This document shows positions 40,501-55,500 of a DNA stretch of 64,000 nucleotides, one piece after another. The stretch is from assembly GCA_002633005.1 (NCBI GenBank), contig NMRA01000385.1:3839-67838 (forward strand), in the 5' to 3' direction. The DNA is from Phoronis australis (lineage: Eukaryota > Animalia > Phoronida). The notes below the pieces were generated by a model. The model did no database searches, was not told where the DNA came from, and saw only the letters and a list, made by a program, of their open reading frames with translations. Numbering within the stretch: position 1 is the stretch's first letter; every line of letters starts with the position of its first letter. Made by a program: the position numbers and the translations under genes.

Positions 40501-43500
40501 ATTAATTGCTGGGTGATAGGTCTACTTCTGATCTTCCAGGTTTTTATTTGAGCTCACACCTGTTGGTCTGATCGAGTTTGTCCATGTTCATCCTGAGGAA
40601 CACGATGAGGTCTCCATGCTCAAGAAAGCCATCACAAGTTTATTAATTGCGCATAAACCTGTAAGTTAGTTTAAGTTCGTTTCTATGTCCTCGTAACGTT
40701 ACAGAAAACATCGTGAGATACAATTCAGACACGATAATGAGTTTTTCGTTGTTGAAACCGATTTTTTCCCTAGTGGACACATCAGTTTGATCACTCCGAT
40801 CGTGTCTGGCTTCGATACGTTGAGGTGAAAAGTGTCAGTTGGTATCATAAACAACAGATACCTTGATCTAGCTCTTGTGTACGCGAAACGTTGTTACTGG
40901 AGTAAATGTGATCGTAATTCACATTCAAGTTCAAGCCCGCCTCTATAAATCGCGTTAATGAATTAATGTGCCATAAAATTCAAGATAGGATCATCTTGTC
41001 TTCGACCGATCTTTCAGTGAATGATAAAACGGTACCCTCATGAGCGCACCCAGCCTAAAACATAGGGGGGCCTCGAATTTTTGAGTATGTGGACCTTTTA
41101 CTATAAAAAACGGGTACGTTCGGAGCTATATGTATGAATATTGCGGGTTTGCCAAATTCGCCATATTCCTGCCTTTTTAGTGGACCTTTGTCTCGTTTTC
41201 TCTTACTTTTTGTTTCTCTGAGGCTGACCTTTTTGTCCACTTCTTCAAATGGGGCCCTCTGAGTCCCCCCCCACCTAGGTGCGCGCATGCCCCCGCCTAA
41301 TCCTAACTCAAAAGGATGTCTATAGTACCCGCATCAGAAGTAGAACTTCCTCGGGTACCAGAGGAGGCGACGTACCAGTATTCCCGCGGGTACCGTTTTA
41401 TGCATGATAGTCATGCTGCACCTAGGCCGTCTCAAACAATAACTGTTCGATTTCATTATAATCTATGGATCAGACACGTCATATGTCGTGAAATGCACAA
41501 ATAAGTTGTCAGAGGCTGCACTGAGAACTCTTTAACACACCCCAACCCTCATGTGTTGGTTGAGACGGCGATTCTTGGCTTATATGCTTGGGGCTAGTTC
41601 AAAATCTTAAAGATTTGTCTTTTAACTTCTAAACTTTGAAACGTTAAATTGCTAGGGACACGATTGATGGCGTATTAGGCGTATCTGCCGCCCGCCAGCT
41701 AAATGTCTTGCTGACAGCTGCGACTGTGAACATGGATATAATGTCTGTGAATGTTGAACCCAGCTGGCTCGCAAGTCAACGAGCTGTCAATCATGAATCT
41801 ATCTACATTGGGCTGCCAGGAAATCCAAAAGGCCTGCTCTTATTTATCGGGGTCTCCGTAACCACAGACACTCTATTATGACTATGTGCTGTCGTCAACC
41901 TGCAATGCTGCCGTTTTAGCTGTAATGCATTGACCGTTGATGTCCAAAGGCGATGCAGTGAGTTGATTAGCTAACGATATATTCTGTAAATACAGCTGTA
42001 ATGTCAATATATTTGTAGCCTGGTGACAGCAACAAATTCAAGAAGCGTGAAGTTGATCATGGCGGCAGCGGTGAATATGAATATGAAGTGGACCATCTCA
42101 GTGACGGTGTTAGAGTTAGACGTTCACTCAAGAACGAGTCAGATGTCATTAAGGACCACGACAAGGTGACCGTTGACTTCACTCTGGATGCTATGCAGGT
42201 GGAAGGTGCCCCAAACAATCCTGCTTTTGCTGAATGTGATCAGCGTTTGCTGCCTAGGCTCTTGAATAAAATTAGAGCTAGATTAATTTATTTTCTTAAA
42301 GGGGCACAAAACCGATGTCTTCTGTCAAACACGAACTTTTGATTTATTGTACAAATTCTCTTGTTTGGGACAATGAAAATCAATTGCCTTTCTCAAGGTC
42401 GGAGCTTGAACCAAATTTTAGAAATACACAATACCAGAAGTTCCCAGAATTATCCAAACACAAACATTCTGAAATTCTGGATATGGTGTAATAGAGGCCA
42501 ATGTTTGTTCTGGGGTTTCATTGCCAGACACACTATGGTTAGACCCTAGTGATAGTATACTGGTGTTTTGTCGGCTGCATGAGTGAGTTCTGCCGTTTTT
42601 GACAATTGACTTAAATGTGGTTCACCTTTCCAGACAATCCACATCAACAATGACGGAACCATACACAGAGTGGAGTCGGTGGACAAGATCATTCTTAAGA
42701 ACAGAATCTCTCTGGCTCAAGTCTACCAGCATAACACAGAATATGAGGGATTGGCAGAGATACCTGAGGAAAGCAGTGGTGGTGTGTAAAACTTGACCGC
42801 AAAATTGAAAACGCTTTGTTTACAGTTTCTCCTTTTGGGTTACATTGAGAAAAGCACACTGAAGCTGTTCTTAATCTTTTTAGAAAATCCCTCTTATACA
42901 CTACTATATGTATAAAATTAGGTACGAGATGTGTACGAGTCAGGTGCTGCAGTATGTCCTAAAATGTTTGAGGGTTCAAAATGTGATTTTTGTACCCTTT
43001 GAACTTGGCCGGGTTTATCACAAGTCCCAAAACTGTCAAATGTAGTACTTTGTAAACACTCAAGTTGTTTCGTTGGTGGAGTGTAAGGTGATGGAATAAG
43101 CACCACGTGAGGTTATTGAGTTTCAAAAAGTTGGCTTCTATGGAATTTGATTGATTTCCCTGCATAAAACTCGTTCAGTTAATTGGTATTAATGCCTTGT
43201 AAATCAAACAAATATAATTATGACTTGCACTTTTCGCCAGATTTCCCTACTTTATACACGATGTCGCACACTCATCTCCACTTGACCAATCAACTATCTC
43301 ACAGTGAACCAATCAAAATGGTCAGGGACATGCTAGTGAAGCAGTCAATTGAAGTTGAACAGGTGAGCTCACTCAAGAAGCTTGACATGATTGAGGCAGT
43401 GTTTCACAGTGATTGTCTATGTGGTGTTTGTTAGGTGTAAATACTGTTCAATCCAGCTCAGTTGTTAGCTGATCGTGTTTGTCATTACACGTCATTCAAT

Positions 43501-46500
43501 TTATGATATTGTTAGATTAGAATATTTTTTTGCATATTGTGCACTCACCGATACAAGGGGGTCCAGGATTTTGAGTTAAGGGGCCAAGGCAGAGTATTAG
43601 CCAGAATTTTGCCCGTCTGACATTCGCACTCCCCAACTGCCAAATGGAATCTAGGCAAATTTTAGGGGGGCATGCCCCCTTGCAGCCCCCCCCCCCCTTC
43701 AATCTGCCACTGCGATATGAAGGTTAAGTAAAAGAATGTTTTCCCTTTTCTTCAATTCATTCAGAATAGTTAGCACCAAATGCATTTTCAGTTTTATTTT
43801 TGTTACGATGGATACCACCAAGCAACGTTTTGAGAATACGATGTTTTTAGATACTTTTGAAAAATGAGGAAAGAGTAGAATACCGATGTATTTTTGTTCA
43901 GATTTATCGTAACAGGGTCTTCAACATAATATTTAAAAAAATAATATTACGGGTACATACCTAGTAAATACTTTTGATTTCTTTATAGTCTTTTGGACCT
44001 TTAATCAATCTTCAATCTTTACTCCAGCTATATGAAAATGTCTCATTTCATGTACTATAGCCTACTTTGAGACCTTTGAGTAATTTCAAACATTTTCCAC
44101 TCTGCTTAAATGTACAATGTCATTATGCAGTCAGCGATCGGTTTTATTCATTCAGCAAGTAACATCCTTCTTTCAATCGATGTACAAAGTTCCTCTTTGA
44201 AGTTACTCTACAAAAGAGTATTACATCCAGTAGTTGAATTCAGTGCATCTTAATCGAATGCAATACATGATGAAGAGTTTGTGGTCCCCAGAAACGAGAT
44301 AGGGAACAACCAAGTTCAAATATTACTTTAAATGCATGTCCTTCCAGCCCAAAGCCAAAGTTATCACAGATTCCGACGCTGCAATGGAGGACATTGAGAA
44401 AGAGATGAACTGTAGCCGCATTACTCCTGTGAAAAGTATGTTCTAATTATTTGTTTAGCTCGATTAATTGGTTTGCATTGCTTATGGTATGGAATAACTA
44501 GTGTTCGTGTGGTGTAATATTGGCTATGCTTGTGGGAGTTTTAGTAACTATGAAGTAATGACATACGAAAAGTGAGGTATTATATGAGCATGACATGACA
44601 CGAACATCAATTTTTCTTCTGGACAATGGAATTTCTGGTCAGACGTATTGAACCCACTTCAGAATACCCTTTGGTTTTTAGCTCTTAGTTTAGAAAAGTT
44701 GAATTTCACAGGAATGCCACTGTGGTACAACTACGATTAATTTTCCCTCTAACGGACAAGATGCTGTAATTCAAGTGTTACACAGGATATTTTGTAAAAT
44801 TTTGATGTTTATTGCAGCAAATACGAACAGGACTGAATGCATTCGACGTCTGAGAGTTACACTGAAGGCTATGGTCGATGCAGACATTGAAAAGGTGGCA
44901 GAAAAATATCTCACAGTCCGCCCTAATTGTGAGAATGGAACAGTCTGTTTTCATGATCGCCATGTGATGATTGACATGATTGCTGCTCTAGACACGCCCA
45001 TCTCCCAGCGAATGATACTGAAATATATCTTCAAGAAACTTAAACAAGACACAGAGGAAATGCGCAAAGCCTTATTCCATTTCTTGGTCTTGCAATATCC
45101 TATTGAGGTAATGTTAATTAAAATAATTATAACATTTAAAATATTTTTATGATTAAACTTGAAAGGATGTTTTGACAATTTCAACCAATCTACGTTCTGT
45201 TACCTGCTAGTGCATAAATGGTGTAAATCCTCCGAGTTAAAGGCAGGAATCAATTAAAAACCCATACTCCGTGTGTCACAGATTGGACATTATGGTCCTT
45301 GGTGGGTGGTCTTTTCCCATAGTTGTTTTGTTATTTGCTAAAACCGTACCTCCCACTTGCCTACTTAGCAGACTTTGAAAGAAGTTTTCAAATTTTGCTT
45401 CAAACTTTTGAAGGTTCACTTGTCGACAGTTTGTTTCAGAGATTAATAAGCCAAAAGCAGGTTTGGTAAATTAATGTGCTCATTTTAAGAGGTGAATCCA
45501 ATCATTTAAGGCACCTAAGGTTACAAATTGGCACATTCTTCTGAGCATAGAGCCTGGCTACAGGATGAAAGGTGGAACTTCGTGGCTCAGTTTATAGTTT
45601 ACAGTGTCTTCAAAAGTCTGTGTGACTTAGTATTAGGCAGATTAATTAGTAGTTAGAGACTTTATTACATGAAAATTCACTCTGATAGTGTTGTTGGTAA
45701 GTTGAACCTCATTTCACTATGAATAGATGGCAAAGACTTGTTGAAAAATAAGGAAGAATTTAGAGTAGTGGCTCAAATCACCCTGTGCCACAACCTATAC
45801 TGTTAAAGGAGAATGCCACCCGATTTAATTAGTCTTTTTTAACATCTTAATCGGTCTATATCCACATCACCTCGTATACGGTCGATCTTACCTCCCCAAG
45901 AGGTGTCGCGTTAACCTGTGAGGAAGGTGAGAAATGACGCAGCGACGTCAGAGGCTCTTCTGCAGAGTGAGTGCCGCTATGGTGTGGTGTATCGTTCCCG
46001 TTTGTGTGAACTATGAAGCTGCGAGGAAAGTGGGTATATCATTTTTTCGATTTCCTCGAGAGCCCATAATGCTACGGATGTGGCTCGCGGTAGTGAAGAA
46101 TGAAAAGTAGGCCGTTAATACCAGGCATGAAGGCGTAAAACTTCTCCGTGTCTGTCAGTGGCCTGCATTTCGTCGGATCGGTTGTTGATCATTTTTTGAT
46201 TGAGGAGAATTGTAATTGGCCATGAAAACATAAACAATTAGAATTAATCAAGGCGTGAGAACGTAACGTTTGATATAACCTGTTTGATGACTGACTTGTT
46301 CGTGAGTCTTCTGTTTGGTCCTCTGGGTGTAGTATGTTTTCGCCAGTTCTTTTTCTCAGCCCTAGTAAAAAACGTCGTAAGCACATCTCTGTTTAGATGC
46401 GGTGCAAAATCAGGATGGTCCGTGAGACACACCTGCGCTTCTCCAAGAAGGTGTTTTGCGGAATTTTGTGGCAGCAGACACAACCGTCGGTCGTTTCCAT

Positions 46501-49500
46501 TATCGTGCTCCCTGACACTATGACAAGTCATTCAAACGGTTTTCGGAACTATCCATATGTTTCGTTGTCTGTGCACGTTCACGGAGCCTCTCTATTATTA
46601 TGATCAGTGTATTCCGGTTCGAACCTGTGAAGTCTTCGTTGGATGAGCACTGGTCTAAGTCGGGATTGCAAGGTGCCACGTTGACATTTATTATTGTGTG
46701 TTCTGTTTCAAAATGAATTATTCTCACACTAACCAATGCTTATACAATACTGAAACAAAATCTGTCTCATTAGATACAATTTGTAATGCCTTGGAGTGTT
46801 CGTGAGTGAAAATGTTTTGAGAAGCCAGCAATGAATAAATCACTGCTTTGCCGGCTTTAGATGCAATAAACTAATTGACCGGGCACCGAGGCCGTGTGAT
46901 CGCATGCTAATTCAGTTGACAGAAATCTGTTGCGAAACAATAACTCGATTTTATATCCTATGGTCAGATGTTAGGGGAATCTTTATTTAGATATCCATAA
47001 ACATTATTCGAATAATTGTTACTGTGCAACTTTTGCCCTGACGGTTCTGTGGAAGGGTGACCTGACTTCGCGGCCCCAACGAGCTAGTAAGTAGATTTGC
47101 AGTTTCGCGGCTAATTCACCGAAATAACCACATGCACATTTTTCTTTGGCTCACTAGTATAGACTGGAAGTTTAGTTTCCCTTTGGCTGGTTTATGTTCG
47201 TGATGTCTTCAGTCCGGTCGCAATGGGCCTGATCGGCTGGGTTCCGAGCCATTGGCCGGGATAGCAAGCGTTTTGAGAGTTTAGAACTGAAAAAAATCGC
47301 AAGCCTGAAATTACAACACGCAGCTATGTTCTTGTGACTGTATTTCACGGATGAATAATCTGCATTTATCACCGAATAGACCCCAAACTCCCGCGACCGA
47401 CCTTCGTAAATTGGCCTACTGAACTTTGTAGGCTACGGTACGTTCAAATATCCAAAACTAAAAATCCGTAACAGCTAAATAAAATAACACATTTGTTCAA
47501 CAACTCGACGTATTTGTAAGGGTTATACATCGAATTTTGATGATTTATTGATGTAAAACTATGAATTCAAGCTATCAGCTGACACTAGTAAGCGTGTTGT
47601 GAACTGTTGAACAGACTGCATTCGAACCTCGGACGTCATTGGTTAATTTCAACGCCTCCATCTGCCGTCAGGTAAAAGAGCTGTACTTGCTGTTATCGAG
47701 TAGAACTACTCGATCTAAATTGATACAAACTAGGTTGTTTTTTGGGTGGCACTCTCCTTTAAACTCTGATTTCAACCTCTATTTTGACAATTCTTACAAA
47801 TTTGTTGTGTGTTGATTTTTGTTGTTATTTTCATCATTGTCATAGTTTTATGAATGTTTTTTTTTTCTGTTGCAGGCTTCAGTCAAAGCTGTAGAAGACC
47901 TTTGTTTTGGAAAGGATTTTGAACTCCATGGTAAGACTGAATCCGAAAACTTGAAATTAGTTCCAAAAATATTTTTATTTGATTCTGTCTTTTAAAGGTA
48001 CAGATTTATTTACCTGGTAGTAGACCTCAACTCTCAGTGATCTCAAAAGACTCTCAGACTAAATTTCTCAGCACTCGATTTGAGAATTGGATCTTTGGTG
48101 TATTAAGGCACTTTTTGTATGTAAATAGTAGCTTCAAGACTTATGATAGGCCAAAGATTCTCAATGAGCTATTTTAACGATTGACTTGCTCTCTTGTTGA
48201 CTTTTCGTTTATACAGCTATCGTGCACTGTTTTTCACATCTTGCTGGTTATTGTGAAACACCAGTGCTCGTTAAAATTTTACTGCATTTATATTTAAACA
48301 AAATAATAGGATTTCGCCAACTAGCAAGAAATCAGCTTTTAATTTCCGAATTTTCTCTTAGGGTAGACCCCAAACCTGAATGAAAGGGAACACCCCCCAT
48401 ACCTACAAGTACCGCAATGCAGGTCATTTGTTTGCACTATATTTGTGTGCTCAGTTATGTTTTTGCCCTCTTTTAACTTTGGGAATTGGAAAAACCTGGT
48501 GAGCCTTGGTTCTAATCTTTTTACTCAAAATCGAAAATATATTTGGCATGTTCCTTTCTTATATACAAACTCAGGATAATTATTTATTATTCTTGAGAAT
48601 ATTAGGTAAACCACAGTGTACACCCAAATGTGCACCTGATGAGCCCTAGATCTGAGCTTCAAGCTTGAGTAAAAACTTGAGATTTCTTGTAAAAACTTGA
48701 GATTTGAGACTGCAACTCATACCTTTAATGGTCGGGTCATCAAATGCAAAATACGATTACACATTCACCCTCATAAACAATAATATACTCAAGCACAGAG
48801 TAATAAATGCTTATTTTTAATTGATTGAAAGGAATATTTTAAAAATAGTTTCAAATTTGAATAAAAGGATTAGATCCTGGGGCCAGATCTATTTTCAAGT
48901 GGAGTCTCGAGTTTAGTTTGGATGATTTTCCTCTCTTGTCATCTCTTGCAAAATGCCGCCATCCCCTGTTAAAACGTATAAATTCTTTCTGATATACTGG
49001 TATAACTAATCTGCCAAAACAATGTGCACGGTGCTATTGCTGAAGAGTCCTTAGCTGAAGACTATAATGATGGATATATGCTCCCAGGATGTTTTAGGAA
49101 CAAACAAATAATAATAGTAATTTTTGTTTGCTAATTACTAACTGATCTATTATCTCTGCGTTAAAACTTTTGAAATAACGTTGTGGGCGTTTTTCATGTT
49201 TCAGGTATGGACATAGTTGTGCCGAATAGAACCAATGAGACTGATACACTGCGGCGCGCCTGCCTCACTGTTGGTGGAATGGCATCAAGTCTGAACAAAA
49301 CCAACCCAGCGAGAGCTGCTCAGATTGTTGGCCATCTTACTACCTGGTTGGAGCGACACAATGGTAAATCCCATGATTCGCTGGCTCTCACTTTACACTA
49401 CATCTAAATGTATATAGGGGACGTTTCGTAATGTAATATTTGTGATGAATGTTAATATGTTGTAGTGGCATCTTGCATTGAATGTTAAATGAGATGTGCT

Positions 49501-52500
49501 GAAAGTGATTGCGTAGTGAACTTCTGTAACGTGTTTCATGAAACCTGACTAAGACTTCAAGACAAAAATTTGGTCTTATGCTTTCACTGTCTTGCTTAAG
49601 TTAGATTTAGCCTAGTAATTATGATTTTATCAACAGAAATAATTTATGGAAATTATCTTAGTATTTGACAGTTATCTGTATATTCTTAGAGACTACACCG
49701 TTGCTCATTTGTGATTTAATTATTCCTCATAAATAGTTTCTTCAAACTGGACGTAATGAGGTTGTGCTTTAATCAGGTACGCTGACACATTAGGTCAAAT
49801 TTACAAAATTAAAAAAATAGCTCACCCCATAGTATGTGAACCAGACAAATTACTAATCACTTGTTTACTTGCTGAGTATCCACGGCAGTTACAATTTGTG
49901 ACTCATTGAAATTTCCTGTAGCGAAGTGGCAAGCAAAAACTTTTTTTTTCAAAAGAATAGCAATTTGACAGAATTTGGAAACACTTGGTGTACTCCTGTT
50001 CGCTTCTATATGAGCAGAAGATTGGAAATCATTTGCTCTTGAGCTCATGTGACTAAGAGGAGGAAGTCTGATTAGTAGAAAAATTTTCAGACCGCACCAA
50101 GCGCTCTGCTGATGACATGGACTACAACTATGAGTACTACACCGGTATGATTATGCTGCATGCTCTAAGCAATGCCGCTCATCACACCTCGTTCAAGCTG
50201 TTCAAGAGATATGCAGCACCAAACCAGGGTCACTCGGCTTGGCGCAGAGCGGCTTTGGAAGCCATGAAGTTCTATCCTCATGATGAGGTATGATTTGTTA
50301 TGAGAAAATACTCTGGCTACTGTGATAGAAAAAAGTCATGACTGATAATTTTGGTTTGTCCCGAGTGAAGGATTCTTTAATCCATGCAGTGCTACCTGAT
50401 AGCTAGAACATTAAGTTGCATGTTTTGGTATGCTTGCGATATTGTCATTTAGACACAGCCAACCCAAAGAAGATGCTCTTTAACTTTTATATGCGCTAAC
50501 TGCGAAGCGATACTGAAGCTAGTTTACAGTGAAACAGCACGTGTAGGTGAGATAATTTTATGTGTGCATCGCCTGGTAAGAATTTTTGGAAAAATAAAAT
50601 TAAAGAAATATAACCATTTTTGCTTATTTAGTTGTTTTTCCCCTGTATTTTCCATTAATAAATGTACCATAAGATTAATGCTTCCCTGTTCCAAACCACG
50701 CTGTGTGTTGTTTAATGCCATTGCAATAATTTCCCAGCAAACTATTTTCAAAGACATCAAGAAATTGATCAGACTACAAAATTTTGTAAGATGGGGCCAT
50801 TGGACCACCATGATTTCTTGTAACAGCTGAATTCTAAATTCATTGCCAAATTTTTTATGCATTCCATACTTATATGTGGTCGCAAAGTGCCATCATATCT
50901 GTTTGGTGTCCAGCATAGGCCATTTTTATCTGTATGGTGTCCAGCATTGGTCATTGTACTGTTTAAGTTTGCTTCTGTATCTTTTCACTTTGTTGAGGTT
51001 TTTGAGAAACATGCCGTATAGACCCAATTCACGTTGCAGACATTAAAATCCAAAGCGAGGCTCACTACGATAAAAAAGCGAAAGTAGACATTGCGTGAGT
51101 TAAATAGCCGGTCTTTCGAGTCCAACCTGGATATTAAATTTTAATGATGTGTCGACAATTAACCAGAGACGTAGAAAATTACATTAGAGAACAAGTTAAG
51201 GCGCCAAACAGTTGTCTGATGAAAGGGTTTAATTTTTTTCGGAAAACTAGGTTCGAAACATGAAAAGTAAATATGACCAAATTGCGGCGATCGTGGTGTT
51301 ACGGATTAGGTATTATGCTGAATGCAGGGTTGCGTTTTTTCTTGTAAATTGTTGATCAACATCAGTGCTGTAGTGGTAAAATTAGAGGTAAGTAGGGGCT
51401 CAAAAGCCAACCGTATTACCTTGAGCACTAAACATAACTTACGGTGCGTAGGCGCTACGTTCAAATGACAAAAGGTGGTTGGCTGTGCCTCCGTGTGCCT
51501 ACACCCCACTACAGCACTGGTCAAAATACTTTCTACGCGAACCAGGTCATCTGCTCGTATTGTTGATGAGTTGAAGACATATTCGACAGTGGCTGTCATG
51601 TGCAATTAGTCACATCTGGTTTAATTTGTTGATCAAGAATATTAACATCAAGCATAGCCTGATCCTATGCACTCACTGGGACTAACAGTTGATTTGTCAT
51701 TGATCTGAAAGAATAATTGATGTTATTAAATATATTTTTTATTAAAATAAAAAACCAGGCTCGTAATTGAAAATAAAAATTATTTGACCATCAATTCTGC
51801 TTTCTTGGTTGTAATAATTCTTACGTCTATTTCATGTGTTAGATTTCAAATATCAATCTGGACCAGGTTGAATTTTAAAATTAAAACACCATAACCTCGT
51901 TTTAGAACTCAATTTCAGTTAACTGGACAATGCATTCATAGTTATCATGTTTCTGCAGGAGCCTCATTTATCCGAGGGGAAAGGTGCCAGGGCCTACTGA
52001 GAGGCGATTTTTTCGCCGAGTGAGGGNNNNNNNNNNNNNNNNNNNNNNNNNNNNNNNNNNNNNNNNNNNNNNNNNNNNNNNNNNNNNNNNNNNNNNNNNN
52101 NNNNNNNNNNNNNNNNNNNNNNNNNNNNNNNNNNNNNNNNNNNNNNNNNNNNNNNNNNNNNNNNNNNNNNNNGCCATGCCCCCTCCCCCCTAAATCCGTA
52201 GTCATGAAAATACAGCCTGGCTGGCCCATTCTCCGGTCATTACTATGATGCTTGACAACTGACCAAGATGCCACAAAATATGATCTAACTTTTCGAAAAC
52301 ATTTATTTTGCACGGACATATTTTGCTTCGTCGCAGCGTATGGCGACGACCCAACGCTTCCGAATCTCAACGTCTTTAGAGATTGTAAAGCAGACAGTTG
52401 CATGTCCGTATTTTTTTTAGCCGTTCGCGGAACAACACGGACTGAAACACAGACTCCTATGCCGATAAGCTAACAGAGCTATCGTAGCGAGCCTCGTTTT

Positions 52501-55500
52501 GGAACGCGCCTCCTGTCGGCGTGAATTGGGTCTATAGGTATCTTTTAAGAAGACAGATCTTGCTATTTTCTGATAGGTTACATTAAGTTTACTAGAAATG
52601 GTCCCTCTAGTGGAATGTTTAAAATGGGTCATTTTTCATTTGCTGTGTGTGAAAAAGATGGAGCACATCAATGTCAGCGTGTCTCTTGTTTTTGAAGTGA
52701 GCTTTTAACTCTTAATTTGCTTTCTCTGATTGGTTTAAGGTCACTGATATGCTAACCATTAGATCATCTGAATTCTTGTTTTAACATAAAAGACACTGGC
52801 GCTTTTTATTTATCGATTGTTCTTTTGATACATTTAAGAGTGCTGAGATTCTCATCACCCTGGCCTTCCATGACCATCACGATGTTGTCCGCCAGCAGGC
52901 CTACAGGACGTACACTGAACATCCCAAGCGTTACCAGCTGACGGATGCACAGAGAGACATTATACTCCGGTAAGTAAATTAGGTTTGTGCTATATAGAAA
53001 ACTGCGGGTGCTGTATTTCATTATTCTGGTCTGTAGTAAAAACACAGATGAGTTTGCTAACAAATTGCAGCTGCTGAAGCAATGGTGATTCTGGTCTCTT
53101 GTCAAATAAGTCACTTGACTTTGTGCAACATAATGTAAAATTGAAGTCTACCAAATGATCTGCTGCTGAAAATCTATGCTAGTGAAAAATGACGCTGCTG
53201 TGAAGTTTCCTATTGACACACTGCAAGTAGGATTCTGTGTGATTGCTTTGACATTGGTTATACCCAGATCTAAGCTGAAAGAATATGTTAATAGACTACA
53301 GTCGGTGCAGTAATTTTCAAAATAATTAGTTGACAATTTAGTTGATTTTTTCTGCCAAATAGCATTCTCGTCGAAATTTGATCAGAATTAAATGTTTTGA
53401 TATTACATCTAGCCACTGATTGTATTTTGTGTCATGGCCTTGCACAGTAAGTTGTTGTGATTTTGCCAACGAACTTCGGTGTAGCATGCCTCTCAAGATT
53501 TTGTTGCTACTTATTCAGCATTTAAACGGATTCTAGAGGAAAAGAAATGAATATATTATCCTTGTTTTGTGCATTAAACCTTCGTTAAATTTGTTCAGGT
53601 TGTTTTGAAAACTGCTGTTCATCAGTACTAATGTATTCAGGGATTGGCCATTTGTCAGATAGTGTTAGGATTATTACATCAGACAATCACAAGTATTCAT
53701 CAAAGATCTTAACTAGACTTCTTTCAACCTGTAGCAATGGTAACCTGTTTTTTTGTATCTTTTGCTCTCTGAGGTTCACCTGACTTTCCTATTGGAACAC
53801 TTGATGTTTACAATTTCATGTTTTAAATTAATCATCTGAATTTTTTCTTTCAGACGCAATGCCTCTGTTGTGATACCGCCCAATAGGGATAGACGAGGTA
53901 TCCAAGATTTTTTGAACAAGGGACTTCATTGGGAAATTGAAATACCTGGGTTTTCGTGGACCAAGGTGATTGGCAGCACAGCCATTGGTGCATCATTTGG
54001 TGTCATTCTGAGAAACAAGATGTTTCTCGATTTAAGTAAGTACAATTCATTGACAGTAAAACCTCAACAATATAGTGTACAAGTGAAATTGTATTTTCCT
54101 ACTTTTTCATAAAAGATATGTAGCATTGGATTACCGTAAACGTTCAGGTTAGCGCCCTCGGCGGTTAAATTGGCAAACCCCCAAAAATCCAGGGTGGGCG
54201 GTTAACTGAACATGGGCGCTTATTACGACAGACAACTGCCCTGGGTGGTTAATCTTACCTCATGATCAGAGTACCACACGACACAGGTACTCGGAACGCG
54301 TAGAACTTTTCAAAGAGCTTTATCGTCAAGTCGCCAAATGTCGCTTAAAGTGTCATAACAGCGGATGATCCCAAGAAATGTTCTGTTGCCCATAGATTAG
54401 TCAGTCACATATAAATTTTCAAAATAAGTGAGTAATAGCCCTGTGCCGTCCTGCGATCTTATTAGAGCTGTAGTGCGCAGTCGACCAGTAACAATAACTT
54501 TGGATTGTAACTATTCTCATGCGATGACACTTTAGAAGTGCGCGCGTACGAGCTTCACGTGTTGCAGAGGTCACAGCAGACATCAAATTTATGGTGCTAA
54601 GTTCCGACTCAAAGACCAGTCTTAAAATTAATGATGTAATAAACATTTGAAAAACAAATTCAGGTGTTTTTTGTGTTTGGGATGTTTATGTTGGAGATTA
54701 GAATTAGATTAGATTAGACTCCGTGACTCATTTTCAACGTATGGTTCTGCGGCTAGCTGTTTTATTTCGACCGCCCGGCGTTGCCCACTTCCAATTGCGT
54801 GAAACATGCCACGCAAAGAAGATGAGAATCGGGGGTAAGTGGACATCAGCCAATCGTCAATCAAAAGTTACCGCTAAGGCATTACTCAAAAACAAGCATT
54901 TGCTTAAGATTTTATTTTAAAATTACTAGCACTACGACTGGGGATGAGTCTAGTGAGCACGTACAGTAGAGTCCAAGGAAAAATTACCAGTTCGCACATG
55001 TATCTGCTTCGGTAAAAAACAATGTAGCCCCAATTCTTTGGGTAACCGGCATCTGTGATTTGCGCGGCTATACGACTAAATTAGTGAAGAGCTTCAACCA
55101 GCAACGCGTCCTTTCCGAGTCAGTGTTTTGCAACTGAGACCCCGTGCTCGGCATAACGAACTGCAGGTCGCATTGGCGACCTGAAATTTGGAAATGCGAG
55201 TCGAGATTATAGACGTCTTGTACCTGCCACCGGGAAATTCCAACTTACGCGAGCCTTTTTTTTTGGGGGGGCGGGCAAAATAAATAGGCCTACCTGGCAA
55301 ACATAAAGCAATTCGAAAATCATTTAATTTACGCGCAATATGTACAGATTATCCTATCACCTACGGCAATATCGCACTGCGGCACTGGTCGGTCCCGCTG
55401 TTTGCGCGCAATATGCCGTCACTAGACTTGGAAATGCCGTCAAGTAATTTAACAGCCTCTTTCAATATGGTTCTTGTTTTATGTGACAAAAAACAGCTGC

